Shown: in pieces, positions 11,063-26,000 of the stretch
How positions within the stretch are numbered: the stretch's first letter is position 1
Layout: the number at the start of each line of letters is the position of its first letter
Origin: Blastocystis sp. Blastoise
Taxonomy: Eukaryota; Protista; Bigyra: Opalinata
Assembly (NCBI GenBank): GCA_039096225.1
Contig: JBBPEB010000017.1
Span: 930,001 to 994,000, forward strand
Length of the DNA stretch: 64,000 bases
Direction of reading: 5' to 3'
Translations under genes and position numbers: made by a program
The notes under the pieces: model-generated
The model's database searches: none
What the model was told of the DNA's origin: nothing
The model's input: the letters and a program-made list of their open reading frames with translations, nothing else

Positions 11063-11741
11063 AAAAAATATAAAAAATATTTTTTGAAAAAAACAATTTT
11101 ATATTTTGTTTTTTGAGTTAATAAATACTTATAAATTCATTCAATATTTTGGGTTGGATTTATTTTTAAATAGTTAAAATACTTAGTCATGAATATGCAT
11201 TTTAGATAAGATTTTTAGTATTGATGATGTCTATTCAATGTGAAAATAGAACTAAAGAATATTTTAAGAATGATTCAACAGATATAAGAAAAAAAATATA
11301 GTAAAAAAATATATAAAGAAGAGAATTATGGTTGAAGATTATTTATTTCTATGGATTTATTCTATGTGGACGCATTAAAGGTTTATTTAGAAATTAATCA
11401 ATAAACTATTGATTTTTTATTTGTAGATTGTAACATAGACAAACTATTGAATATGTGATTCTTTTGATAGATCTTCGATTTATTATATATAGTTTTTTGT
11501 GATACTATTTATCTTATAAATACAGTTAATATAATATAATATAATGAAAAACTTTTATGAAAATGAACAAAATAAAATTCCCTGGAATCTACGAAAAAAA
11601 TCAGTGAAAAAAGAAATTTTCTTGAGAAAGTGTGTGGTTGTATGAACTGGTATTTTTTCGTTTAATATATCACGTTGAATATTTATCTACTGTATGTTTC
11701 AATTATTTGTATCAAGATTCAGTTATATTTAGAGAGAGGAA

Positions 11742-13347
11742 ATGCCGTTAATTCGAGAAGATATTTTAAATAAGCAGAAACGATCTGAGTTATATGCAAA
11801 AGCTTTGGCTACAAAAAAGAAAGAACAGAAGAAACGTCGTCAACAACGTGAAGAAGAAAGAAAAACACTTGGAGATGCTGCTCCACCGAAACCTGTATGT
11901 AAATAGTATTGATATCTTGATAATTTGAAAGAAAATTTCATTTTATTTTGTATACAAGTTCATTATAAAAGTGTTTAATTTAATATAGATTTAATTATTA
12001 AAATAATGTGATGATTGCTAATTTATATGAATTTTTTATAGGTACCTACAACTCAAGAAGATCATAGAGAATATGATGATACTGTTGTTTTAAAGAATGA
12101 TGATGAAGTGTATGGTGATGAAGCTCAAGATGAATTTGAGTGTTATTATAACCATAGTAAAGTTCCAAAAGTTATGATTACCACAAGACCAAGACCTTCA
12201 CGTCAATTATTTTTCTTTTTAAGTGAATTACAAAGTTTAATTCCTAATTCTTTTGTATATAAACGAGGTGAGTTTCATGTTCGTGAAATATGTGATATGG
12301 CCGCAAGTAAAGGATTTACACATTTAATAGTTGTTAATGAAACAAATAAGAAAGTTCATAGGTATATATATGATTTAGTATAAATTATTATTATTGTTAT
12401 AATAATAAATGATAATAATAATAAATATTTTAAATGTAATAATAAATATATTAAAGATATTAAATATAATAAATATAATAAATATAATAAATATAATAAT
12501 AATATATGATAATAAAAAATATATTAAATATAATAATAATATATGATAATAAAAAATATATTAAATATAATAATAAATATAATAAATATAATAAATATAT
12601 AGTTTATTATTATGTCATCTTCCAGAAGGACCTACGGCTTTATTTAAGATTTCTTCTTTTATTCCTCATGAAGATATATCTAATGTGGGAGCAGTCACGA
12701 ATCATCAGCCTGAATTAATCTTAAATAATTTCACCACTCGTTTAGGTAGAAGAGTAGGAAGAATGCTTGGGTCACTATTTCCTCGTATATATATAGATTA
12801 TATATATATAGATTATTATTATGATTACTGACCTAGTATTATTATCTATTAATAAATTACTTTTATTCTTATTAATTATGTATTATTCTATATACTTATT
12901 TTATGTATTATTCATATAGATGATCCTCAATTTGAAGGAAGAAGAGTAATCACTTTCCATAATCAAAGAGATTTTATATTTGTATGTTATAATTATTTTT
13001 CTTTTTATTTTTATTTATCATTCCTTTTTTAAAAGTATTTTTTTTGTATCTAGTTTATTTTTCAAGTTTTTATCATCTTTTCATTATTATTATATTTTAT
13101 AATTGTTTATTTCGAATAAATTATTTTTATTATATTTTAAAATAATTTAGAAACGTTTTTTTTATAGGTTCGTCAACATCGATATATGTTTGAGTCACGT
13201 GAAAAAGGTCGTTTACAAGAATTAGGACCTCGTTTTACACTAAAACCTCGATGGATACAAGTTGGTAAATTTAATATGAAAGGTGAATATGAATGGAAAT
13301 TTAATCATAAGATGATTGAAACTAGTAGACGAAAGTGGTTCTTATAA
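11742..13347 (+). CDS. RPF1: Ribosome production factor 1 (Brix domain), 5 exons
   Basis: Hand-spliced GT-AG exons give [68 protein letters not shown] and [12 protein letters not shown], all RPF1/Brix hallmarks. Confidence 0.93.
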
Positions 13348-14130
13348 TCATTTATCTTGACTTTCTGTTTACTTTATTGATCAGTTTATTTGTTTCTTGT
13401 GTGTTCTATTTTATTTATATATGTACAAAGTTGTTTTTTATTAAATTTTGCTTGTTTTTTTAAATAAGATTTGGTGCTTAAATGCTTTATGAATAGATTC
13501 CACATTTCTCATAAAAATTAAGAATACTATTTCTTACTTTTGATATGAAAATAGTATCATCTGTGCAGAGTTCATTTAGAAGCTTGGATAAATCTAGTTA
13601 ATCACATCAATCTTGATAGTGAAATCAGTAATAAGAAATTATACAGATTAGATATGATTTGAATACTCATTTCTTTAAATGAATAAAGAAATATTATACC
13701 GAATTTTATAAAATTTTGTGAATATTCAAGAGAATTTGCTTTATTATTTATCGAGAATGAAATAAAGAAAAGGAGTGAATTCTGAGTGTGCGTAGTCTTT
13801 AAAATAAACAACAATTCAATTCAAAACATTCAATAAACTTTTTCATTCTTTTATTGTTTATTATTAATAGCAATTTTTTAAAGGAAATGCTAGAAATTTC
13901 ATTTTCCTTGCAATATTTGTTTTGAGTCAAATTAGAATAAATCTTATAATCCTGGAAAAACAATCTTTTTTAGGCTAAAAAAAATATTTTTGATATAGTT
14001 TTTAAAAACAAAGAATCATTTGTATTTACTTCATTAATCAAAATAAGTTTTCGATAGTATATTGAATCAAGGTCCATAATATTACCAATAACATTAACTT
14101 ATTGTTTTGTTATAAAATTCAAAAAACAAA

Positions 14131-14686
14131 ATGTCAATTGACGACGAACTTGATATTGGTTCAATTGATCTTGATTCCCTTCGAGAATACGATGAAAACA
14201 TAAGAGCAGGAAGAGAACTACATCAATCTGAAGTATTTTATAGTTAAAATTATATTCTAAAAAATTATTATTACTAATCTCAATATATACAGGATAGCAA
14301 TGATGATCCAAATGTATATATTATTGATAAGAATTATATATATTCTTACTATAGGCTATTATTGATAATTTTATGAATAGTTCAGAGTATGGTTTTTTAC
14401 ACTTATAATTAAGTTTACAAGACTATTTTATGATTTATTTTACTGAATATAATGATAATATAAATTTATAGAATAGATGATGATACTAATATAACTAGAA
14501 ACAAGTATCGGCCCCGTGTATATGCATTTGATGCTGGTGAACACCGTGTTGATAATACAAATAATGTAGATATATATATGTTTGCTATTATAAATAATGT
14601 TGCTATGATTACTATTTTTTTCATTTATATTATTATTTGATTATTAAATATTTTATTTAATTAATAAGAATATATTTACTATATAG

Positions 14687-14726
<40 letters not shown>

Positions 14727-15091
14727 GAAAATCTTCTAGAAGCGACAAAAGAGAAATTAGGGAAATTAAGTGTAGCTAATGGTTTTAAACCTTTATCTTT
14801 TTTTTATCCTGATTCAACTGCACCTACTATTGCTGAAGTATATATATATATAGATATATATATATATAATTTATATGAATATTATTGATAGATAAATATT
14901 ATAATTTATATGAATATTATTGATATATAAATATTATTTAGATTCAGGATGAAACAAAATTAATCCAAGAACAAAAAGTAAATGAAAAAACATATATAAA
15001 TACTGTTTCTACTTATCAAATTATGATTATTGGAGAGAGTGGTATATATATATATATAATATTTATTATTTGAATTATATTCAATATATAA

Positions 15092-15130
<39 letters not shown>

Positions 15131-15750
15131 TGTTGGAAAAACCACATTAATAAGAAAGTATTTAGATATGGATTTGAAACAGTTACCTATTTTCTGTTCT
15201 ACTGGAATAGATTATATTAAAAAAGAAATAGATATCGATAATAAACATATTCGATTATTATATGTTGATACTTCTGGTCAAAGAAGATTTATTGATTATT
15301 TATTAGAATACGTTGAGTTTTGCAATCAAATAATTATGGTAATTGACTTATCAGATGAATCTACTCTTAATTATATCCTTATATATATGTTTTTAATAGA
15401 ATTTACTTATTATTTTTCTTTATAGTCAAAGAATCATTAAATAATTGAAAAACATAATAATTTTTCTTAATAATATAAATATACAAATATGGTTTGATTT
15501 ATTATTAGAAGAGTTTCCTGAAAAACTAAAAAGTCTATTTCCTATTATTATTATTGGTAATAAAACCGATTTACCACGGGAATTACATCGCCGTGATATT
15601 AAACGTTGTATACCTTTGAAATCTGATCAATATATATACTTAGAATGTAATATGAATATTGTTCAATCTATTCATAAAGTTATGAATATTTCTCTTAATA
15701 AAGTATTATCAAAAAAAGTAAGTTTTACTTCTATTTATCATTTATCTTAG
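14131..15750 (+). CDS. Divergent Rab/Ras-family small GTPase with acidic N-terminal extension (multi-exon, 3' end uncertain)
   Basis: G1 GESG|VGKTT is split by an intron; G3 is DTSGQ and G4 is GNKTD. Upstream in-frame exons run from ATG 14131 (MSIDDELDIGSIDL...). Confidence 0.75.
15373..15478 (+). other. Putative U12-type (minor spliceosome) intron, AT-AA termini
   Basis: 5' site ATATCCTT and branch-like TTTTTCTTAAT (15461-15471). No usable GT-AG pair. Removal gives DLSDESTLNYIQIW, which matches Rab D-to-W spacing. Confidence 0.65.
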
Positions 15751-17050
15751 ATTTATTTTTGTTCATTTATTATATTTATTATATCCTCTTTATTCTTTAT
15801 TTATTATTTAGATGTGAAAGTGAGAAATTCTGGCATACACACCGTTGTATATATATATACAAATTATATACCATATATATATCAATTATTATTTATCAAT
15901 TATACATTTTATTCACTATTCATACTCTATAGAAACAATTGACTCTTTGATATTATTTCACTTTTTAATAATCATTTATTTATTGAAAACAATCCCTTTT
16001 ATCTTTTGCTATGTATTCTATGTATCAATATCATATTATTTTATTTCTCTGAAAAAACTTGTATCATTCATTCTCATATATATATTTTCAATTTTTTTTT
16101 GCTTTCAATACTATATTTTTTCTATTCATGTTTTTAGTATAATTTAGTATTAAAAAAAAACTGAACTAAACAATTTAATGGTATAAGCATTATATTTTTA
16201 TAACAAAATAAAAAAAAAAAAATAGACAATTTATTAAATTAATATATCATCTCGAAAGTAAGTAGATATATAAAAAAAGTACTATATAATATATAAAATA
16301 TGAAATATATATATAAAAAAATAGACCAGAGAACGAAAGTATTCTCAAAAAGAAAATATGTATATATATATATATATAAGAAAAGATATTTGTAGTAGAA
16401 GATGCATAATATAAAAGAAAAAGTTGTTTATAAATGAAATAAAAGATTAAATAAAAAAGATTTTACAATAGAAGAATTTATAAAAATAAATAAAAATATT
16501 TTAATGAAAAGAAATATATATATATAAAGAACAACATCATATTATATATGTAACAAGTAATAACTTGTTTTAATTATAAAAATAAAATTAATTAATAAAT
16601 ATACACAAATAAAAAAAGATATTTAATATACATGTATATAGATTTATAGATGCGATAACAGTCGTTATCTATGAATATACTACAAGTAAAACTATTAATA
16701 ATGAAGAATGATAAGAAAAAAATAATATAAAAAAGTAAATGAAAGAAAATAAAAATAGATATAATTTTTGATTATATAGAAACGAAAAGTCATATATTGA
16801 GTAAAATAAATTAAAAGGATTAGTTTAAAATATATATAAGAATAATTATTAAGAAAAAATAATAATAATAGAATAATTGTTAAGAAAAAAATAATAATAG
16901 TATTTAGATAAAAGATCATATATATGAATAAATAAAAAATAATATAATTATTGATAATAAACTAAAATATATATATACAATAAATATGCACGGATTATAG
17001 AATTATAAAAGAAATGTCAATAATGATAAAAAATTACACATACTCTAGAA

Positions 17051-20000
17051 TTACAAACGAACTCTCTTTTTATTTTGATTATCTTGATAATAAGTGATAT
17101 TAATAACATCATCAGTAGGAATAACAATATCAACACTAGGAGATAATACATTAGGTATAGCTTGATAGACTAATTCATAAAGTAGATCACTAATATTTTG
17201 AAGTTTATTCTTAACTTGAGTAACTTTATCAGCATGAGTTTCAAAACGACAAGTGAATTGAGTAGCAACAGCACCATCAATAGTAATATTCTTAAAAGAA
17301 TAAATATCATAATCATAAATAACATTATTTACATAATGAATATATTTATGGAAGAAGTTACGAACAGCACCACAATAATAATTAGAAGCTACAGTATATT
17401 TAACAATATAGAACATATCAATAAATACATGATTATTTTGAATAGGATAAATAGGTTTACAACCTTTATATTTACTTTCTCTCCAAATAGTCATATGTAA
17501 ATCATAATCATAATCACATAAAGTAGCTACTTCACCAACCATAGTAGCTATACTATTCTCTTCTAAATGTTCACAAGGAGTATATAAATAATCACCAACA
17601 GCTACTTTCTTATTATATTCTTCATTATAACAATAAGTATAATATTGATATATATCAGCTTCACCTTCAATCATAATATAATAATCATAATGATATGTTA
17701 ATTCATCTAATCTTCTTGTATATTTAACTAAATAATTAAGATTACCTCTTAAGAAAGAAGGAGCATCAAAAGATTGTTGTACAGAAATAGTTAAATTAAA
17801 TTTAGTATAAGGATGAGTATCTGTAATACCATTATCAATAGTTTCATGAATATCTTGACCAACATCAATAGTATGTAAGAATGATAATGAAAAAGCAAAT
17901 GTTTGAACTAAAGCACGTACATTATCATATTCAGCTTCATCTTGATTATATATACTTTGAGGTACTTTATGATATTGTAAATAGAATACAACAAATTTCT
18001 CTCCTTCAGGAGGTACTTTAGGTAAACAATTATCAGTATTTACTTTATCCCAAACACCATTAATATCTTCATTACTTTCATCAATACATTTTCTAAACAT
18101 TTCACCACGTACATTATCACCAACACAAGGAGCAGAAATCTCTTCACCTACATTAACAGGTCTCCAGTAAGTACCATCAGCAGTAGTATCACCAAGACAT
18201 ATCTTTGTATTCTCACAATGACCATTAATAAACTTTTGACCAACTTCACAAACTAAACAATCATAATTACCATTTTTATTTGTAAGTATATGACCATTAG
18301 GACAAGAAAGACATTCACTAGATCCAGCAGGAGCATATTGATTTTCAGGACATTGAGGTTGATCTTCACCACCATTACAATAATGACCTTCAGTACATTC
18401 AACACAAATATGTTTATCACTATCATCAATAGGCTTTTCATATTCACCAGCTTTACAACTACCACAATTATTAATAACAGGATATTTCCAATTACCTTCA
18501 GAATCACATTCTATAGATAAATGACCAGAACCACAAACAACACTAGCAGTACTACCAGCATTTGTAGCTTCAAATACAAAAATATAATCATAAATAGAAT
18601 ATGTAAATTCAGGACATTCAAGTATTTCTGTATGACAAGTACTAGTAATTCCACTCCAAATACTACCTTCTAAACAAACTCTAGTAAGACTACCTTGTTG
18701 ACCTTCAGGACAAGTCATAGAAATAGATTCACCAATTTCAGTATTAGGCCAAGATATTTCATATTGATTATCAACTTCAGCAGAACATTGAGGAACAGTA
18801 CATGTATTAACAACAGGACCCCATTGTTTATTAGTATTACAGAATCTAGTAATAGAACCAGATAAACCAGTAGGACAAGGAGAAGTAGCAGTTGTAAGTA
18901 CATTTGTAGCAGGCCAATTAATATTATATATACTATCAATATTAGAAGAACATTGAGGTATTTGACAATCATAAGTAATATCACTCCATATTTGACCAGT
19001 TTGACAAGTTCTAGTAACACTACCTTCTTGACCATAAGGACAATCAAGTATAACACTAGAACCAACCATAGTAGAAGGCCAAGTTAATGAGTATATTTCA
19101 TCAATATTTTGAGAACATTGAAGTACTTGACAAGTATTACTAGTAACCATCCAATCTAAAGAATCGCAGCTATCACATACAGTACACTTCATAGTTCTAG
19201 TACCAGTATAACCTTCACCACAAGGAACAGTAATAATACTATCTTTACCATAAGTTTCACCATCATAAACACAGAAATCAGTTAATATAATTTCTAAAGT
19301 ATAAGTAGTAACAACATTACCATTAGTAATCTTTAATACATGTTTACCAGTATAAGGAGTAGTATTTAGATATTTACCACTAATATGAATACCATCATTC
19401 TTAACAGTAAAACTAAGATTATTAGGAAGAGGAACATCAACAGTTTGAATAGTACCTATAATTTCTAAAGGAACTTCGATTTCATTAGATATTCTATCAA
19501 CAACTTTCTTATAAGCATTCTCATTGATTATATCACTCTTTTCACAAGTACTAATAATTTCACCCCAAACAGGTTTAGAACAAGTATATCTACAATATCT
19601 AGTAATAGAACCAGTATAACCAAAAGGACAATTTAATTCAGCATCTTGATCAATTTCAGTAATAGGCCAAGTATATCCATTTTCAGTAACTGAATTACAT
19701 TTCTTCTTTTGACATCCAGATAAATCTTCAGATTCCCATTGACCAAATATATTACATCTCTTTGATACATATCCCTCATATTCTGATGAACATGGTCTAT
19801 ATTGTTCACTACCAGGTAAAGTATCATCATAAAGTGTTTTAACATCATTTTCATAACTAGTATAACCTTTACAATAAACACCAACAGTAAGAATAAGAGT
19901 ATTTGATTGTTTATTAGTAATCTTATCTTTAGTATATACACTATTAGCAGGTAATACAATACTACCAGAAGATACTTGAATAAATCTAACATAAAGAGCT

Positions 20001-23000
20001 ACATTAAATTTATCAACAACATAAGAATCAATATGTTCAAGTTTTTTCATAATTAATTTAGTAACATCAAAATCAACTACTTCTTTATCAAAAGTAACAT
20101 AAACTAAATTAGCATACATTCCATAAGCATCAATATATTTCATTCCTTTATTTGTTAATAAAACAGTAATAAATTCAGGATTATAAGATCCATCAATACT
20201 ATCAGAACAACTAGTATCACAACCATAACTTAAAGGATAATTACCTTGTTCAGATAAATCACCAGAAACATCCTTAGGAATAGAGAAAGAGAAAGAACCA
20301 GGATAAGGAGTAGTAAGATATACTATATAAGAAGAATGACTAAGAGGAACAACATCTTTTACTAAACAATTCTTCATATTAAATTTAGTATCTTTATAAA
20401 TTTGGAAATTTTCACTAAATGTTAAATAAATATAATGATCTTTAGAGAATTGTTCATAAGCTAAATTATGAGAAGCATATACATAAGCACGTTCATAATC
20501 AGAAGTAAATGTAAATTCAGTAAAACTAATAATTTGATTATATTGTAATACAGAATATAATCCAAGTTTCTTACCAATAACTTCAGTATGAGTATTATCA
20601 ATAATAGGTTCACTCCATAAAGGATCTTCTAATCTATATGAACATTTATATATACCTTCATTATCTCTAGATAAACGAAGCCAACCATTAATAGAATTCC
20701 ATTCATGTGCAGCACCATTTAATAATACACCATTACCATTATTATTATTAGGACTATTGGATATAATACTCCATCCTTTAGTCTTATTAATTTCAATAGT
20801 ACACATAGTAATAATAGTATTACGATCATCATCATATACAACAAAACCAACACTTTCTGTAGGACCAGAAACAGGTATATAGAAACGAGTAGATACAGTA
20901 TATTCTTTAGGAGCATCCATTACATATAAAGGACTATTATAAATAGTATTCTTTGTAGTATCTGTCATCTTTATACTTAATTCATCATAAGATACACCAT
21001 ATTCATAAGTAAGACTATCTACTTTTGTTAATAATCTATTATAACTATATTGATTACTAAAGTAAGAAACATAACGAGTAGGAATAATAGTTAAATAAGA
21101 ACTACCTCCACATTTCTGAGAATTATCACCAATACATGATTTTGAACATTTATCATTATTTACACGAGATCCATATATATAAGCAATATTAGGATAACAA
21201 ATACATTTATTACCATTAAGTAAACCAAAATAAGCATGATATGGACCACAATATTCTTTACATTCATCTTGAGACATAGTATCACTAGTAACAAAATCAC
21301 TATATATATTTTGATTCTCTATACAATAAGTATCTGTAAATGGACGTGCCATTTGAACACTAGCAAAAGAATCACTTAATTGGAATGTATAATAAGATAA
21401 AGTAAAAATAGAAGAAACTTCTAAGAAAACCCAATTAGCACTATTATAATAATAAGTAACAGAAATCTTTCCATTATCTTCAGTAACTTGTATTCTACCA
21501 GAAGATTCTTGTGTACAATCAATAGACATAGAAGCAGGAGCTTGACTAGATTGTTTATTCTTCTTATGTTCATAATAAGATATAGATGGTCTTCCACATA
21601 AGGATATTTCAAAATAATTATAATTCTTACTAGTTAAAGAAGAATATAATATCATATTTAATTTATTATTAGTTTCAGTCTTAACTGTTACAGGTAATTC
21701 TAAAGTATTAATTTCATCAAATTTCATTAATTCATTATATATAGGAGTATTATCTTGAGTATATAATTTAGGTAAATAAATACTAGATATCTTACTACCA
21801 AGATATACTACAAATACAGAAGATGTCTTTGTAAGAATATTTTGTTCATTAGGAATACGACTATCTAAATAGAATGATGATTGACCATCATAACTATTAG
21901 GATAGAAATAGAATTCATTTATATTCTTACCTACAGACATATAACCATTAAATAAAATCCATTTTTCTAAAGGAACTACTATATCACTATTAACAGTAAT
22001 ATAAATAGGTAAATCTTGAATAGAACTATATTGACTAATACTAATAGATAAATCTTTCCATTCATAATCACCATTATCAACATATAAATTATTAATATCA
22101 GTAAGTATTAAAGATTGAACATCTGTAGAGAAACCATAATATAATGGTTTAAATGTACCACAATTATAAGTAAATAAAGTAGTATCTATAGGATAATTAA
22201 TACCTTGTAGAACAGATAAAGTAAGAATAGAATCAACAAATGTTATTTTATATTGATTTTCTTTACCATTAACTTTTTTATCTGTAAAACTAGTAATAGT
22301 TTCCCAATTCTTAATAGATGTACGTCTTTGTAATTCATAAACACCATCAATATTATTATCTAAATGTAATCTATAAATACCAGGAATAGTATGAGGAGCA
22401 GGAGATAAATCTATATTAAGATTACCATAACCAGATAAAGTAAACATAAAACCAATAAATCCATGTTCTAAACCTTTCCAAGCTTCACTATATATAGTAT
22501 CTGTAACACCAACATATTCCATATTAACACCAGTAGGAACAGAAGTAATAATATCAATAGAAGCTTCAGGAGAATATAATTCACCTTCTTCAATTATATG
22601 AGATTTTACACGACAAATAAAATGATTACGAAGATGTTCTACTAAAGGTGTACCTTCAGTATCTTCAGGAATAACACTTATAATACCACCAGTACTAGTT
22701 GGTTCAACATGTAATATTTTACCTCCTTTCTCTATAATAAAATCTTCTAATTTAGCTTCATATTGACGATTAAATGTTAAAGTTACATATATAGGTAAAG
22801 AATTAGTATTAGTTAATTCATTCCAAGTCAGTTCAGCTGTAATTTGATCTACTTGTTCAGAATGAAGATTACCTGTATAAGTAACACGACAATTACAACG
22901 ACGATCATATTCATGATGTCTATCTTCACAAGCTTTCTTTATAGGTAAAGAAACAGTAAAATCTAATTTCTTATTAATAACATGTACATCAAAAGTATAC

Positions 23001-26000
23001 ATAGCATGATGATTATGACAATTAGAACCAGTAATTAATTGAACATTATAAGCATAACAATTATTACAAATAAAAGAACGATAAGATATATTATGATAAG
23101 CAGATAAATAATTATCAAACATAAGAGTACCTTTAATATTATTAGAATCAGATGTATCCATAGTTAATGATGTTTTAAGACATTTCTTTTGATATTCACT
23201 ATTTTCATCATCATCATCATCATCTATATGACAATTAAAGTTCTTATTAGATATATCCATACCAGGTTGATATTCAATACAATCATTAACAGGAGTAAAA
23301 GTATTATCACTACCATCATCACCAGGAACAACAATAGATGGTTGTATCTTTATATTTTCAAGGAAGAAAGGATTATGATCATTAATTGTATGATATATAA
23401 AGACATAAGGTAATACATTAGTACTTGAACTATCACCACTAATACTAAATGAATAACTATTTTCATCTTCATAATTACCTCTACCAGCAAATATCTTATT
23501 ACCACCAATCTTTAACCATATAGTTACAGTTTCATCTTCATTACATACATCATGCTTAGGAGAAACAGGAGTAAAATAAAGAGTACTAATAGTATTATTA
23601 GCATATTTATTAAGATTATAACAAACAATACCATTATTTGCAACACTTTGGAAAGCACAAGAATAACCTCTATTAATAATACCTTGTTTTTTACTAATTT
23701 GACGGAAACCAATAGCAACCATTTCACCACAACCAACTTCAGCAGATAAAACAATTTCATTCATAATAGCATATTCAAAACGAAGTTGATTATAATGAAA
23801 AGTTCTTAAAGTATCTTGTTCATAATAAGGAGCATAAATACCAGTAAATTGATAAGCAAAAGTAAGTGACCATGAACATTCTTCATTCTTATTTTCACCA
23901 CAAACATTATTCTTATAATATACATAACCTTTAACACCTAAATCAGTTAAAGCATTTAATACATAATAACCAATAACTTTACGTCCAGAAACAGATAAAG
24001 CTTGAATAGAACCTAAAGAATTACTAGTAAACATATCATAATCAAGAGGATAATCATTATTACTAAAATCAATAATAAATTGATTATAATTACGTACACA
24101 AGGTTCAGGAGAAGTCCAAATTAATTTAGGATCACGATTAATACAAAAAGAAGTTCTTATAACAATTTCATCAGAAGTAAGTGATCCTTTATTATAATCA
24201 GATAAAAGAGCATTTTCAGCAATACGTATACTTACTTGACCTTCACTAATAGGAACAGCAACTATATTATATATAGTACCTGAAGAAGTAGTTTGAATTT
24301 CAAATTTAATAGAATCTTTAGGATTAACAATAAAATCATTTTCAACTAATCCATGTGTTTTCTTATTACTAACAACATCAAAAGTAAAAGGACCACATTC
24401 AGACATTTGGAAGTTTTCAATACTAATAATAGGTCTAGCATATTTTTCAAAATTATTCTTAATAGTAGTTTCTTCTAATAAATAAGCATAAAAAATAGTT
24501 TCACTCATACTAAATTCATTATTAGAACCAATATAAAGAGCATCAGAACCAAGATTATAATAAGATTTACTTAATAATACTTCACCAGTTAATGCAAAAA
24601 CACCATCAATATATAAATCAATTTTACTATTAGCACTAATAGATTGCATAACTAAAGTAATTTGATGCCAATAACCAGGAGTAGGAGCATTAGTAGTTAA
24701 ACCAGCATTACCTTCAGAAGCAGTTTGAATTATAATAGCACCATTAGATAAAGCTATCTTATAATCTAATACATTATTACTAAAATATTTTTCAATAAAA
24801 GTAATAGTTATATCATTAGTACTTGTAAAATACCAAAATTGAATAGTTAAGAATGAATTAGAAACAGGAGCTAAGAAACTTATATCATTTGTATTAGAAC
24901 AATAAAAAGATCCACGTTCTTCATTATGTAAGAAAGCTTTCTTTTCATCATCAAAATTCTTACCCCAAGCATCATTACCAGCATTAGGAATAATACAATC
25001 TTTATTATTAGATTCATAATTATTACCATTTTGATTATATTTATAATATCTTAAAATAGGATTATATTGACTATTAATAGTTACTTCTAAAGAAGATGAA
25101 TAAGTAGGAATTCTAGCAAGATCTTTAGCAATACTTTCATCAACAGTAATAGTATAAGAAATATCAACATAATTATTATCAGTAATAGAAGATGGTTTAG
25201 TAAATGTAGGATATACATAGAATAAAATATAATTATCATAAGGTTGAGGAATAGACATTTCACCACCTACAATATGTATTTTATTTACATAATCTATAAA
25301 AGTAACATTTCTATTAAAACTTAAAGTACATGTAATTAAAAATGAACTAATCTTTTGATTATTTTCACCATCACAAGTAAGACTACCTGTATAAGGAGTA
25401 GTAGCATGAGGAATAGTCCATTTATCTTCAGGATTTGTATATAATTCAGAAGTTTTAGTTCCACTAAGATCAGTACAAGAACCAGCAGGAATAATAAAAT
25501 AAATGTTACGATTATGTAATAAACCATAAGGAGGTAAAATAGAAATATAATTCTTATATACAGTAAAATCAGTAGATAATAATTCACCATTAAATGAATC
25601 ACTTTGTCTATAATAAATCTTAATATCATCATTACAAATAACATCTTGATCCCAAGTTAAAGTAATTATTTGATCATCTTCAATATTACCTACAGCAGGA
25701 GAAACAGAACTAATAACAGGATTTGTAGCAGCAGGTTCTAAAATAGGAGCTTTAGTACAATCATAATTAATAATAAATTTTTCCATATCATTCTTCTTCT
25801 TCTTATCATTTGCATCACGAATAAATCCATTTTGAATCATAAGAATAACAGAAGGACATTCATCTACATTATAAGAACGAGTAGGGAAAGTAATTGTAGC
25901 AGTATATTGTTTGTTATTACTAGTATTCCATTCAACAGTAAAATCTTTAGTATGACCTTCAGGTAATAATTTATATTTATTTACATTTTCTAAAGTAATA

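Noticed and set aside
10818-11096. 92-aa minus-strand ORF
   Set aside because: It lies across the MITE and has no recognisable motif.
13602-13814. Short intergenic ORF, possible transposase remnant
   Set aside because: No catalytic motif or terminal repeats that I can support.
15812-15930. Possible extra last exon of the GTPase (CESEKFWHTHRC...)
   Set aside because: It is out of phase with the GTAAGT donor at 15718 as the sequence is written, and would need a homopolymer error or another exon.
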